Of a DNA stretch of 64,000 nt, positions 1-15,100 are shown piece by piece. Both the position numbers and the translations under genes were made by a program. This stretch comes from Balanoglossus misakiensis. Its lineage: Eukaryota; Animalia; Hemichordata. The notes beneath the pieces are model-generated. The model worked only from the letters and a program-made list of their open reading frames with translations, made no database searches and was not told the origin of the DNA. The stretch covers positions 8,596,380-8,660,379 of the forward strand of contig CM082591.2 of assembly GCA_040954595.2 (NCBI GenBank), given 5' to 3'. Within the stretch, counting starts at the first letter, position 1. Every line of letters begins with the position of its first letter.

Positions 1-22
1 ACTGGTATTTTGATATTTTCAG

Positions 23-124
23 AGTGGGTTTACTGCCCTGTATTATGCAGCAGCACAGAGCCATGTTGATGTAGCCAGGATCTTAGTAAAGAATAACACA
101 GAGCAGCTACATCATGAAAAGGCG
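23..124 (+). CDS. ANK exon 1 (type a)
   Basis: ttcag|SGFTALYYAAAQSHVDVARILVKNNTEQLHHEKA|gtaag. Confidence 0.9.
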
Positions 125-3100
125 GTAAGATCTTACTCTGATTTATCCTGTGCTATTCATTCTTACATGTACTTTGTTAAAGAGGATAACGACTAAGCTT
201 AAGCAATAGATGTAGATTGACTTCATTGGATATATGAATTGTAGCCGTTCTTGCATTGCTAGATGTTGAATGTGTATACATTGAGGAAGAATTCCCTTTG
301 TCTCAAATCTGTCTTGGTTGCAAGTCAGCGTTGACAACAATACAAACTTTTGTGGTAACATGTACTGGTATTTCAGTAGTACTAGTTTTTGAAATGCAAT
401 TGTATTTTTGACAACAAGGCAAATTGTGTAGTAAACTTGATTAGGTTCTGTCCATGTATTAATGTTTCTATTACTCAAAAAACACAGCAACAACAGATAT
501 CCATGTTACACTGGGCTGTTGAAAACTTAGAACATATTGTGGCAGAGACTCTCATCAAGGCAGGACTGGATATAAATGAACTTGCTCAGGGACTGAATAA
601 GGTACGTGTTAAGTTTGAGATATTAAAGTTGATACAAAAAAAAACGATAATAAATTTCTTATTTCCATTTGCAGGTTTTTTATTATCATTAATTTTCCTT
701 TTGCTTTGGTTATCCTTGCATTTAATGAGGATATTTTTAATGACCAATCAAATGTTGTATTTCTTTAGGAATCAGCCAGTGATTTAACAGTTCTCCATCT
801 TATGGCCCAAAAAGAGGATCCGGATTATGTGGAGCTATGCCTCAAACTTGAAGCAAAAGTTAATGTCTTAGATAAAGTAGGTTTATTTATAGGACCTATA
901 CTGCCAATGCCCCATGGCTTCATTTAGCTATAATTCAGATATGTAGATATGTACACTTTCATGGATGCAGACTATAATTAAATGAAGAATCATATAAAAA
1001 TAATATTTTAATTATAATAGGTCAAATTTCCAATTATATTTTCACAATATGAATAATTGGCACAACAAGATATTTGTTTTGAGGAAACATATGTTATAAC
1101 AAGTCTCAGTGATGCAAGATAACTTTTGATTGTACACTTATGTGAAGACCCCGGGCATGCAAAGGCAAAACACCAAATTTTCATCTCAATTCAAGAACCA
1201 TAGCTCCACTCCTAAATCACATTTGAAAGAAAGGCTTTGTCTAATTTGTCAAATGCAATGTTGCATTGAGGGTAGAAACAGAGCACTCATGTATTTGGCA
1301 GGGATTAAGACTTTTCTCATAGTCCATATTTCATGAAGGAGATTTTCCATCTGCAACCAAATACCCTCCCTTGCCATTTATAAACTTTAAACGTTTGTCT
1401 CCTTTTCTCAATAGAATGGCCGCACTCCCTTGTACTATGCTGTACTGAACAAGAATACAGAGACAGTGAAAGTTCTCCTTGCAGCAAAAGCAAACTTTAT
1501 CGCCGAAAATACGGTAGGTCTAAAAACCAACTATGATTACATTTTTTATGGAATTTGATCATGGTCCACAGGCAAAACTACTGACGTAAATTTACACTGC
1601 CAAAAGACTGTTAAATAATTGAACAAAGATGTAAATTTTTACCTGGTACCCGTTCAATGACAACATTTCAATCAAATATGGACATACTGGTACATGTAGA
1701 TGTAACCTTATACATACAAATCTGTTCAGAGTAATGCGTGTTTCTGTTGCTCAACTAGTCGTCTGATAGCTTATGACTAATATAATTTCTCAACCGAAAG
1801 GGCGTATGGGATCAGATTCTTCTATAGTTTTGTAATAATTGCCTTTACTAGGTCAAAGGTAAAGGACACACTGTTCACAAACAAATTCAAGCATGCACAA
1901 AATCAACTCACATCTTGTTTGGCATGAACTGGAGGTGCTTTAATAACCAGTAACAACAAGAAAAACTGAACAATACTGATGTAACAAAGCACCCCAGCAA
2001 AGCAGAGCTACCCAAACAAGATGTGAGAAGGGAGAGAAAGAAAGAAAACTCAGCTACTCTAAACTATTACAAAAACCACCACCCTTTCTAGACAAATGAA
2101 AGGAATGGAGGAGAAACTGGCTAGGGTTACTGGAAGAGAGAGCCCATGATTGCAGTAATGTAGAAGCGCTCAGTGGCAGGAATGGCAAGAAAGTCTTTGT
2201 AAACTATAGAGCGCCAGTCCCCTTGCAAACGAATCAACGAGTCTGAAACTCCTGCCAGGGAAGCTGTGGTGGCCCCCCTTCGCTTGAGGCTGTGAAAACT
2301 GAAGCCTAGAGGGTCAAGGCCAATGGCGGTGACTAGCGAACGAAAACGCTTGGTTAAAACAGGCTGAGTGAGTGGTTTAAATGTGCCACGGTGGTAAATT
2401 ACAAATGCTGGGGAGGAGGGTGAGGCTGGAAGCAACTCAATCATATTGCATTATGCAATACGCGAGCACTGGGCAAACAGCACTGTTAGGCAGCAAAGCC
2501 AGTGGGTTTATGTATCTGTGTCCGTTGGCAGCGAGTGTGTGATCTTGTCAATAACACTAGTGTCATCAGTGTCTGATAAATGGGTGCATGCGGAAGCAAC
2601 GGTGTCCAAAGTGTCCATGTCCTGTACAGCTGCAACTGAGGCTGAATTAGAAAACAAGTGTGAACTGAGTGACTGCAATGGAAGCGGATTTGTCTGTGAC
2701 ATTGCGAATTCCATCTGAGGGGAAAGTGACGTACGATTCGATGGCTGCAAGTGTGGCGGAATCTAGCTGAATACAGAGACGATGGTTTGGTAGGGGTCTC
2801 AACTGTGGAGCTTGCAATAGAGCGATCTGCAACTGCGGCGGAAAAGTCAGTTGGAATGTAGGTGTCCGTGAGTCAGCCTGTGGGTTGCTTTTTTGGTTTG
2901 TATGGACATTCACTTGGTGGGTGTGACAGTTGAAGGTCGCGGATACGCAAACAGAAACGACAGATGTGATGTTCCATTATCCCTTCCTGGTTGTTGTGGT
3001 CATTGTTGAACCTACATTTTCCAAGCTGGTAGTCTGCGCAGTATTAAGGGTTTATCTTGTATTTGTATTTGGTGTTGGCTCTCATAGGGGCTTTGGTCAA

Positions 3101-6100
3101 CTTGATATGTAAACATCTGGCTTTCTCCTTGGTGAAATCATATTGCCATGTGTTTTCCCCAGTCTCGATAGAACGCAGGACTGTACTACAATGGAGCTCT
3201 CTGACATCGGCCCATTGGTAAATTTCTGCTAGGTGTAATAATTCTATAATGTGATCAGTTCTGGCAAGTCTGGTGGCAAGTGGCTCTACATGGTGGATGA
3301 TGTATAGTTCTCCACGTACTAGTGCTGGCATTGATAATGTGGCATATGATTGGTCACCACTGCTAATGTCGGACTTGTGGGCATATTCGTGTGGCCATGG
3401 AACTTGGTAACGCACCTGCTCGCTGGATTTGCGAGCCACACCAGACTTGGGCTGTTTGCTGTTGTGGAGTTTACGGAAGGCTTTGTAGTGCTGCTTACCT
3501 CCCTGCTCGAGCTGTGTGGTGGAGTCTGAATCTGTTCAGGATGACGAAGATGCTGTGGAATCTGTGTCAAACATCCTGGTATGGTGCTTGAATTTATTAA
3601 CTTTGCGACCAAGAGCAGCATCATGGCGAAGAGATGTAATGGTGGGCTTGTACTGAGAATCCTCAATACCTTTTGGCGGTTTTGCCTTCAACTTTTCATT
3701 TCTCGCTAGTTCTCTCTTTAATTCTATTTCAATCTCCAGCTCTTCATTTTCCTTCTTAATCGCCTCAAGCATTTGCTTTTTAGGGCTGATAATTTCTCGA
3801 TTACCTTCGCTGGTGTCTGGCTTAGACTATGGTGTCACACTTGAAGTGCTGGCGTGGGTTTGAGGTGACGATTTGTGGTCCATCTCGAAGGAGTTGTCCT
3901 TGTTTTCTCTACAGAGGTGTCCGGAAGGTCCTTTGTGGTGTTTCAAGTCGATAAGACAGGTTCTGCAAAGTCTTTGCGGCCTAGATGACATCGGATTGCA
4001 AATTGAGATTGCTCAGAAAATGTGACTGGTAACAAAATGGCGTTCTGCAAGGCATCATTGGAGATAAAGTCAAACCGAGGGAGCTGCCACTAGAGGGCTC
4101 TCCTATCATAACAGCAATTAACCAAATTTTCAGCAAGAGACTTGCTATCAAATTTAACACTATTTGTTTCACACGATATGCAAAATATCTCTGACAAATG
4201 AAAGAAATCTTATCCCAGGTCCTTGTTCTATCAGATTATATATCTCACATGCCCAAACATCTGTATATCTATATTACAATTCATTAAATAATTGGCTGTG
4301 TATAACTCTGGTATATTGTAATTTCTGTCCATGTATCATACATGTGCTTTAGGATAACATTTTGGCACATAAATAACGTTTAAGCAATAAAACACCCCCA
4401 GCCATGGTATACCATGAGATTTTGACCAGTTCACGACATATACGCACGAGCGATAGCGAGTGCGTATATGGAGTTGAACTGGTCAAAATCGAGTGGTATA
4501 CCATGGCTGGGGGTGTTTTATTGCTATTATATTATGCCAGTATATTGAAACTTTGCATAAAACATTTTAAAAAGGCATTTTCTTTGACTATGCTATATGA
4601 CTGTGGTATATGGCCAATATATCACGGTCACGTGTCGTGTCTCGACCAATCAAATAGCGTGATTTACACCATCAATATACTGGTATAATATAATTAACGT
4701 TTCAGCACTTGCCTCATATAACACATTTTAGTATGTGAGAGTGTATGATCGATATAACATGCATATAATGTCAAAACGATATTCCTCATTACTCAGGCTT
4801 ATGACATTCGGAGGGGACAGTATGTTCACTGCTACTAGGACAGAAACTTAAATTGTACTTTGTGCAATTTGAAGTGGGACATGTTTTGTGATACGTTTAT
4901 GCTGGTGCAATAAACAGCTTAGCTGAATTTACGTGATGTAGTCAAATAATGCAAGGTTGACTCTATATTCTATATGTTGAAAATTGAAACCAATATTTTT
5001 AATGTCTTTGCAAATAAGCTTGTAAAAAAACTTATTAACAGATACCATGATGCAAGCTTTAGCTTTGTAATATGTGAAACAAAATCATGACCAATTTCAC
5101 AAGCATTGAGTCTGCCTTCATTCGATCATGACCATATACCGGTACATTCAAGATACTACCGGTAGATATGGTTAACTGTTACAGCAGTAGAATAACATCA
5201 CTTTAACCACATTATTATTATAAGCATCATCATCTAACACACCATCTTTTGGATTCCATACTAAATAGGATGAAAACTTTCCTTTTGAATCAAGACCTCT
5301 GTACATAGCAGCTGCAAAGTATGAGAGCGTGGAATTTGTCAATGTCTTAAAAGATATGGGAGATGGCATAGATGGTACAAAAGATGACGTAAGTTTTAAT
5401 TTACCAACTGCAAAAGAAATATGTTGCATGTGTATTTAAGCATGTAGCTGGCAGTGTATAAATAACAATGATATCTCACAGAAATTAACATATTCATCAG
5501 GAAAAAAAAGCTGACAGATATACCCAATGTCATAAATATTTCAAATTGACAAATAGTAATTATATTAAATTGGCAGACTGGTATGACTGTACTCCATGAA
5601 GCTGCAGCCAATAATTTTCCTAACGCAGTGGAGATCCTGATAGACGCTGGGGCAGATAAAGACAAAACAGATAAGGTATATATTTCATTATAAATATGAT
5701 GACTTTAGTATGTATCAACTATTACAAATTCTATAGCATTAGTTGATGTATGGTAATTTTCCCACATAATCATATTTCAAGGTTGGTGACACAGCTCTGC
5801 ACTATGCTGTAAAGAATAGACATCACCAGGTTGTCAAAGTGTTAATAAACAAAGATGTGGACCTGAACTTAGACAATGAGGTAAGTGTTGATCATATTTC
5901 TTTATTGCCTCCCTATGGGTTCTTCTTTTCATTCATACTGCAATTTGTAATGCATGTTTTAATGAAATACGGTTACATGTTGAATAGAAGATAAATTTAA
6001 TATAACTATTTTATTTAAAAACTGGCGACAGGTGAAATTATAGATCAAATATTTTTTTTCTTCTAGAATTGTGAGACAGCACTCTATTGTGCTCTCAAAC

Positions 6101-9100
6101 TTCGGGACATTGAGTCTGCCAAACATTTGCTTAATGCAAATGCCCGTCTGCACAAGGATGCGGTAAGCTAAACTTTAATAGCAACATTTCATTCATATCA
6201 TATTTATTATATATTTTGTCAGTAAACATTATTATCAAAGGGACATTAAGATGGGTCCCTAGGATCTTTTTGCTCGTTGCTATGGGCCTTTATAGGACAC
6301 TACACTCAATTTTGATTGAAACCGTTATGAACGTCCGACAAGGGGCTTGTAACTAGTTAAAAATACACACGATTGTGTGCACACCCCCTGTCTGAGTATG
6401 TTAACGGCAGCTACCGCCCGGCCATAGGCCGCCACGCTAATACGGCAAAGCAGCGGTCAGCGATAGCGTGCGCGTCCTGTAACCACAGTAACTGGATCGA
6501 ACGCTAAAAATCCAATGTTTTGTACACAGAGATTTTGTACCGTTCACGAAAATCCCTAAGGCTTTTTTCACAGGCGACGTAGGCCAGCCAAATTTGACCT
6601 GCTTGTTGAGAACGCACTTCCGCATAGTGTGACGGATCGTTTTTTCAGTTTTCGTCGTGCTAAGAAGCGATACCAGTGGAAGAGTGCGTCCAAAAACACC
6701 CAAAATCGATGACTTTTTCAGGTGTGGTACGGGTATGCTGAAATCGTAGGATACAACGATAATATTCGAAAACAAAATCCGTCACGATCTTCCCTGGTTT
6801 AAGCAACTAATGAATACGTATCAAGTTCGTTTTTGAGGTCACGGAATAAAAAGCCTTAGGCTTTTGAAATTTGACCTAACTAATTTACATATCAATGGCG
6901 TCAGGTGGCGCGCGCTCACAATCGTGCGTATTTTTAACTAGTTACCAGCCCCTTGTTAGACTCTGAAAACGGCTTAGTCCAAATCGGGGTGTAATGTCCT
7001 ATAAAGGCCCATAGCAACGGGCAAAAAGATCCTAGGGACCCATCTTAACTGTAACATTTGGCTTTATTTTCAGTTTGTATGTTCTGTGTACCAAAGGCAA
7101 TTTTTTGTTTTACTCCAAACAGCATGCTAATTTACCCATACATGTAGTACTCTGCTTGTCAACATAGCCATTGCAATTATTGACACATGAATTCGAGTCC
7201 TGACTTGAATGCAAATATTGCTGATACATATAATGGGTTGTTTTAAAGGTCTCATGTCATGCTTTGGAAAGTTTTCATTTTTCCACGTCAAAAGCTCACC
7301 TAGGGTACCTGTCTATGCATTGCCTATTGTGTCGGTTCCGAAAAATGTGCGCGAATGCCGGAATTTGCCCCCTTTTTTCATGCCTGTGATCAGGGAGCCA
7401 CTTCGCACTCGAGCCAGGCGAAGGTATTTGCATATGGACAAACAAGTACACTACGTCCTAGTGTACCATTCTGCTAACAGTAAAGTGTAATTAGCAGTCC
7501 ATGAGTAGTAAAGTCCACAGACAAAGACAAGCTATATAAACAGTGTTCAAAGCAAAGGAAGCCCTTGCCTCACATTACAGGCAGAGGATTTACAAAGGTG
7601 TGAAAGACTATTTGTCCACATCAAGATAAGTCTTCGGCTTAACTTCGAAAAGCCGAAAAAAATCGACTGAGTTGGGTTAGGGGTACACGCCCACCCGCCA
7701 CTTTTACTTGCTTGTTATCTAAGCACAAGGGGCAAAACGCATTGCAAGATAGTAACATACGTTAACTTCAAGACCCAAATAGTGATTTTACGCGTGGTTG
7801 TATAGGGCATGGCATGGGACCTTTAATGTTTAGGAAGTAACACAAAAATACTTCATACTGAAAAGTTTCTGCTAATTATAGTGAACCGACACCTTCCTTG
7901 TAGAGAGGTTCTAATAAAAACTTTGTGAAAAACATGAGTGATTTGTGTCGTTTTTATTCACTTTCACTTATCACGCGTAGCTGCGTAGCGTCAATCTCGA
8001 CATGTGGAAGTAACGTAAGAGACAACGCTCAAGTAGCTGTCTGCTAGTAGGTCAAAGGTCACGCAACGTCTCTAAAGCTGAGCAACCCAGTCGATCAACA
8101 GCCAGCGGATCACCAAGTGACGCGATATGGAGTTGTCAAACGAAGATATCGTCGGATTTTTTTACTAACCCGAATACAGCAGCGATGAGATAGTAGGCGA
8201 CTCAAGTGAAACTGATTCCAATAGTACAGAGGCAAGTGTAGACAGCAAAGACGATCGAGAAGAGGTGCCCATATTGTCTACTGGTGATCGGCTTCGTCTT
8301 TCATCATGCTCATGGTGTAGCTGCGCTGTGGTAAATGCGAAGTTATGTCTACTGTCAAGGAATGCCGGTGTTGCCATGAAATAGATGTCTTGACAGGGCC
8401 GTTAGATAAAGACTTGAACGACATATCACAAAGCCATGCGCTAATTTTTGACATTTAGTCACCCATGTCATAAAAGGGACCCTCGTGATTTCCCAAAAGA
8501 ATAGAAAGTAAACCTTTTGACACTCTCGCGAAAATGTCAACCACACGTGCCTACCATCCTTTTTAGCTCTGCTGTCACTTGTGTCAGCCGAGCTGTAGCA
8601 GTAGGTTGATAAGTGTCCGTCCGGCGTCCGTCCGGCGTCCATCAACTTTTGGTATTTCAATCTTCTTCTTTAAAACAACTTGGCATATTTAGCTGATATT
8701 TGGTTGGAATGTGTATTATGGTGCCCTTAACTGATTTTGTTAATTTGGATTTGATGGGGTCATGAATATGCAAATTAGATCTAAAAGAAGAAGTTTTGGT
8801 AAAAATCTTCTTCTCCATAACTACATGTACAATGGAGCTGAAATTTGGTAGGAATGTGTATTATGGTGTCCCTACCTGATTTTGTTAATTTGGATTTGAT
8901 CGGGTCATGAATATGCAAATTAGATCTAAAAATAAAATTTTGGGTAAAAAATCTTCTCCCTAACTACATGTACGATCGAGCTGATATTTGGTAGGAATGT
9001 GTGTTATGGTGCCCCTACCTGATTTTGTTAATTGGAATTTTGATGGGGTCATGAATATGCAAATTAGAACCTTGGTGCTTCCTTTTGATGTTGTTCTTTA

Positions 9101-12100
9101 GGATTCAATTCTTTCTTTCTTTAGCACAATGAATAAAGCTGAATTTGGATAAATACTTGTGATGTCTATGTTTGGTTTTGTTCAATAGAATACAATGAAT
9201 TTAAACCTAGGGTATTCATATCATTGCCCAGGTTACACTGTTAAAGTCAGCAGAGCTCTTTTGACCGATAGGTCACTTGTTTTTAAAACAAGTACATTGA
9301 TCAACAGCTGTGAAAAGATGCGGTTTCGTTGATCAAAGGGAGGCAGAAACTCTGATTGTCATGTTTCGAGTATATCTGTGGTGCTTCCGGATGGTACAGG
9401 TGGTCGTTTTTGTCTTTGGAAATGGTTTTGTGATGCATTCACAGCTTAGGTACGCAACAAAAACAGTGTTTACTAGTATTTCCGCCACACCTCTTTCTTT
9501 CGATCAGAGTTTTGATTTACAGTGCCAAAATTTGGTTTCGTCATATGGTGATCAAAGGAAATCAAGAGCCCCGACTGTTTCGACAATTTTTGCTGTGTAG
9601 TTTTTTTTTTTTTGCAATATGCTTCACGATATAGGGCCTAGTTGAACACGAACATTTCCGAAGCAAAAAACACATTCCAAACTAATTTCGGAATTTCCAG
9701 ACAATTTTCGGAATTCCTTTTAAATTTATTGGACATGTTTTTATCATTGTTTGCTTTTTAATGTCATTCTCATCCCCCCAACAGCCGCTTTAGGCTTCAT
9801 GTTCAGAAAAAATTCAGCTGAATTTTCCAGGGATCACACAAATCAGTAAAAAAATCAGCTGAATTTTCCAGGGATCACACAAATCAGTAAAAAATTCAGC
9901 TGAATTTTTTGATGAACAAAGTCTTTCAGTAAAAAGTCAGCTGAATTTTTCACTGATTTGTGTGATCCCTGGAAAGTTCAGCTAAATTTTACACTGATCA
10001 CACATTTTTGGGAAGGTCTGGCGCAAAATAAAGGATGACAAAGTCTTTCAGTAAAAAGTCAGCTGAAATTTTCACTGATTTGAGTGATCCCTGGAAAGTT
10101 CAGCTGAATTGTAAAATGATCACACATTTTTGGGAAAATTTTCACCTGATTTTTCATTCACTGACATTATCTGTGAAAAAATCAGGTGAATTTTTCACTG
10201 ATTTGTGTGATCACTGGAAAGTTCAGCTGAATTTTACACTGATCACACATTTTTGGGAAGGTCTGGCGCAAAATTAAGGATGACAAATGTAAATCTAATG
10301 TCACATTTGTAAACCTCTAAGTATTGTACACTCATTCTATTAAGTATATGCAAATAGAATGGATAATTTTTTCGGAATGTGGAATTCCGAAATTAGTTCA
10401 GAGTGTGTTAAAAGTATCATCTCAGCAATTAGCACCAAAATAATATGCCAATGTTTGACAACCATTTTTCAGCTAGATTTGCATTTTGACTGTCCACCGA
10501 AGGGTCGGGAACTTTTATATGTGTTTTTGCCAACTCTGTTTTTGCTCCCACTTGCGAGGCAGCCAGCCATGTCAACTGTCTGTGTACGTGTGCATGCGCA
10601 CGGTGGCGTCTGCTACTGGTGACTAGTCTCTTACGTCACACCGCATATTGAGATCGACGCTACGCTGCTGCACGATAAGTGAAAGTGAATAAAAACGACA
10701 CAAATCACTCATTTTTTTCACAAAGATTTTATTAGAACCTCTCTACAAGGAAGGTGTCGGTTCACTTTAAAGGTACATCAGCTGCAACTGGATAAAAAAA
10801 TTGAAGTTTTAAAAATTCTCGTATATGCTTTTAATTATGTCTATTAAATGATATTTCATGATAATATATCAAGCTCAACACTTATTTATGACAAAATGGC
10901 CAAAAATTAAAGAAAAACGATAATTCCTGCAATTTTAAAAAAAGTGCAATATTGCAATGAAAAAGGAAAAAAATAATGTCTCAGCGTTGTACATTTACTT
11001 CCATGAGCTCAAGTGGATGAGATCATGTTTTGTTTATGAAGTATAACCGGAAATGCAACATTTTGATTGTTTGTTGCATCTTCCCACGGTGGTGACCAGA
11101 TTCGCTTGCTGCAAAGCTTTATTATTTATCTGGTTAAAACTGGCATATGCACTCATATTTAGAGTTTATAATGCTTGTGTATAGTTCACTGCCTTCATCT
11201 GCATGGACTAATGGTAGTACAGTTTGGAACAAAAATTATGAAAATTATCCCAAGAGTTTCAGCTTATGTGCCTTTAGTGGAACTTCAATTGATTAAAGTA
11301 ATTCCTTGATGTTAGCATAATGTTTGAATATTTGTTGAGTTGAGTGAAATTGTTAACTATAAGCTAACTGCATAAGGTGTAAGTGAAATTTGCTGTTCTG
11401 GCAATAATTACACTTTTAGAGGTAAATCATTGTAAAATTTTAATTTCAGCATATGGCTATAGTATTCTAAGAGAAACCTGTGTCACAAAATATAATTTGT
11501 GATTATTGTGTTTATTACAATATAATTTGGGTGGTCAGTCAATGGTATACCGTACATTGATACTTTTAAAATGGTGGAAATTCTATCATGTTGTAGCATG
11601 GAACATCAAATATTGAACAGTTGTTCTGGGCGATCAAAGCATATGAGGAAGAAATGGTAGCAGATCTTTTGAAAGCTGGTGTGAAAATAGATGAACAAGC
11701 ACAGGTAAAGAGCCCTGGAATGTTTTCAGCTCATATTAAGGACCCTTTTACGTCACATTTGAAATGAGTCACATTTGAAATGGGTTACTTTGCTGAAATC
11801 TTGCAAAGCAGTACTCAGAAATCAGTCTTGATTTCATTTAAAAATGTCTTCATTTATGCAATGATTTCAGAAATTTACCAGGCATCAATTTTTGAAACAT
11901 AACCATAATTTTCCAAACAACTTTAAAATTTAATATATTCTCATAATTTCTTTGTCATGAAAATGTTTTTTTTTCCCCATTTAGGATGGTCTTTCTGCTC
12001 TACAACATTATGCAAAGGATGGTGATGTAAAGGCTGTCACTATACTTATTGGTAGACATGCAGATGTCAATAAACATTCAAAGGTAAAAATCTGATTTGT

Positions 12101-15100
12101 ATCTTTTAATGTAAAATTAAATAGATCAAGCCAGGTCATATAAAGAGGATGTACATGTCTTGGGACACATTTTCAGAATAATTACGGTCCTCAAATCTCT
12201 TTGAGTTGTTTGATTAACTAATAGTAAACGAATGTGCAAACCGCACCATTTACTAGTAAACTGTATTGTTTCTAAAAAAGAAAGTGTCAGGTTTGCTAGC
12301 AAAATGATGTTTGGGTATTTATTAAGATGGTTTTGTAATTTTAGTTCTCTATGTTTTTGTTTCAGAATGGGTTTACAGCCCTGTATTATGCAGCAGCACA
12401 GAGTCATGTTGAAGTAGCCAAGATCTTAATTGAGAGTAAAACAAAACAGCTACATTGCAAAAACACGGTGAAGTTTTACTTTGATTCTTTCACTAATTTG
12501 TATTTGTACTTTTGTACAATGTATATGATTTCTCAAAATGGATAAGTATTAGTATTAGTATGTTGACTTTATATGGATCACATTTATCTCACACCAAGTT
12601 AAAATAATATAATGTTTTCAACATAATACCAACAGACAACCATGTTACACTGGGCTGTTGAAAACTATGAATATACTGTGGCAGAGACTCTCATCAAGGC
12701 AGGACAGGATATAAATGAAGTTGTTCAAGGATTGGATAAGGTATGTGGCCATGATAATGATACTAATGATCTGTACAATTTTATAAACAGGCCTGTGTCA
12801 CTACCATCAATATCAACCATGACATAGATGAGAATGGTATATTGTAATTGTGTATTTTCTGTTTAGCAATGAGAAAATTGGCTTGTGTTTGGGATAATTG
12901 TGTTTTGTGATATTATATTTAAAACAAAACAACATTTATATTTCTGTAGGACTCACCTGATGGTGTTACTGTTCTGCATGTAATGGCTCATAATCAGGAC
13001 CCAAAGTATACAGAACTATGCCTCCAGCTTAAAGCAAAAGTCAATGTCTTGGACAAAGTAAGTTTACTGATTCAATAAAGATATCCTGTGATTCAGACAA
13101 TTTTTTTCACATCTGAAATGGTCCTACATTGACCAAGCCACGTAGATGTACAATGTATATGAATTATCGTTATATTTTTTAGTATTGTCTAGACAAGTTA
13201 CATATTGACATTGTAATGATAATTAACACTTTTTAAGCAAAAATTAATGTAAAGGTATATTCAGGGATTGCACAATATTTTCCTGACATCAACCCATAAA
13301 AAGACAATTTTCAATGAAGCACATCATTTATGTTTATCTTGCTATCTTATACTTTATAAGTAACATATGTTAAATGCAAAATAAATCTTCCAACAGGAAG
13401 TGTAATTTTAACATTCTTATTGTGGTTTGTTTTCTCAATAGAAAAACTACACTCCTTTGTACTATGCTGTGCAGAAAAAGAATACAGACACAGTTAGAAT
13501 TCTTCTAAAGGCAAATGCAAACTTTGTTGACGAAAATGGGGTAGGTTTTTTGTGTCTCAGTCTAACAATCAATGTTGTAGAGGATTTGACCTTGGACCTA
13601 TCTATCTGGTAATACATGGTTCAATAACTGAGCCAAGATAATGCAGATAATTTTTTACCATCATGTGACTCTAGTAGATCTGATACTTCCTATAGTAATA
13701 CAGGATTTAATTTAAATTGGTCTATTGTCAGTAACAAATGATGTAATATGTACACTGATGTCACGGATAGACTTCTTGCAGATATTAATATTCCTACTGA
13801 TTCATTATGCTGTAAAGACATTCACTGTAAAGACAAGAATCATGTTGATAGTATTGCTGACTTCTATGGTAATATCATTGATTGTTTACATTGTGCTGGC
13901 ACTCGAATTAGCCACGCCAATGATAGTGGAAAAAGTTGTGTAGTTGCTGGGTGGAATGACCATTTAAAAGAGATCCATGCAATTGCCCGTGACGCATTTA
14001 AATTATGGCGTGAGTCTGGTAAACCCAAGAATGGTCCATTGTATGATTTTAAACATCGTACTCATGCTCGTTTAAAGTATGCATTGTGGGCGTGTCGAAT
14101 TAATGAAGGGCATATGAAAGCTGATGCCATGGCCAAAAACCTCTGTGAAGGTAACCACAAGAAATTTTGGCATTCTGTCAATAACAAAAAGTGTTCTTCC
14201 AGGCCAAACATTGTAGGTTGTTGTACTGGTGAAGCTAATGTTGCTGATATGTGGTGTAAACATTATGAAGTAATCTATAACTCTGTGAACACGACTGATG
14301 ATAAGAAATTTGTCTTGGAAGCTGTTGAGAAATGTACCTTTGATAATAGTGTTACTGTTTTACCCGGTGACGTGTGTGATGTCATTTCTAAATTACAGAC
14401 TGGAAAAGCTGCTGGCTCAGACTTTCTTTCAGTGGAGCATTTTATGTATGCCAGTACTAAGATTTCTATCTTACTTAGTATGTGTTTTACAGCAATGTTT
14501 GTACATGGTTTTTGCCCGAGTAGACTTTCTGATACTGTCTTAGTTCCCATAGTAAAGGACAAAAACAACAATGTTAATGACAAAAGTAATTACCGTCCAA
14601 TTGCACTCTCTACAGTTGCTTCAAAGCTCATTGAGTTAATTTTACTTAGACATATTGATTGTTTTCTTGAGACGTCACATTATCAGTTTGGTTTCAAATC
14701 TGACCATTCCACTGATATGTGCGTATTTGTTCTTAAAGAAGTAATCAATTTCTATAGAAAGCATGGCAGTAATGTAATTATCACCTTCATGGATGCTTCA
14801 AAACCATTCGACAGAGTGAACCATTGGGTTTTATTCAAAAAACTAATAGATCGCAAAGTTCCAGCTTATTTTGTTAGATTTCTTTTGAGTTGGTATCGTA
14901 CTGAGCAGATTTTCATTGGCTGGGGTTCATGTACTTCTGCTGGATTCACTGTCTCTAATGGTGTCAAACAAGGTGGAATCTTGTCACCTAAGTTTTTTAA
15001 TATTTATGTTGATCAGTTGAGTATGATGTTGTCAAACTCCAAAACAGGCTGTAATATTGGAGGATATTTTATCAATCATTTAATGTATGCCGATGATAGA

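Larger units (their letters stand above)
1781..4240 (-). mobile_element. Internally deleted DIRS/Ngaro-type tyrosine-recombinase retrotransposon (boundaries approximate)
   Basis: Minus strand carries a frameshifted gag-like ORF, the start of a second ORF and the C-terminus of a tyrosine recombinase; no RT/RNase H motifs in between. Short shared motif atcagatt near both ends (1811, 4230). Confidence 0.75.
7880..10766 (+). mobile_element. Kolobok-type element with ~130-bp TIRs, KolX-like remnant and nested insertions
   Basis: AGTGAACCGACACCTTCCTTGTAGAGAGG... inverted at 10635-10766; flanks ttat/ttaa; absent from the paralogous intron at 16873-17619. Confidence 0.8.

Noticed and set aside
5172-6153. 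Minus-strand ORFs such as MSLSAPASIRIST and MQTGICIKQ (and their copies)
   Set aside because: Antisense shadows of ankyrin exons; the + strand has the splice sites and motifs.
8560-9281. Grouping the HINE-like elements (8560-9281, 24448-25062) with hairpin families A-F
   Set aside because: They have only tiny 3' stem-loops, microsatellites and T-run ends typical of Helentron derivatives, and lack the long GA-mismatch hairpin.
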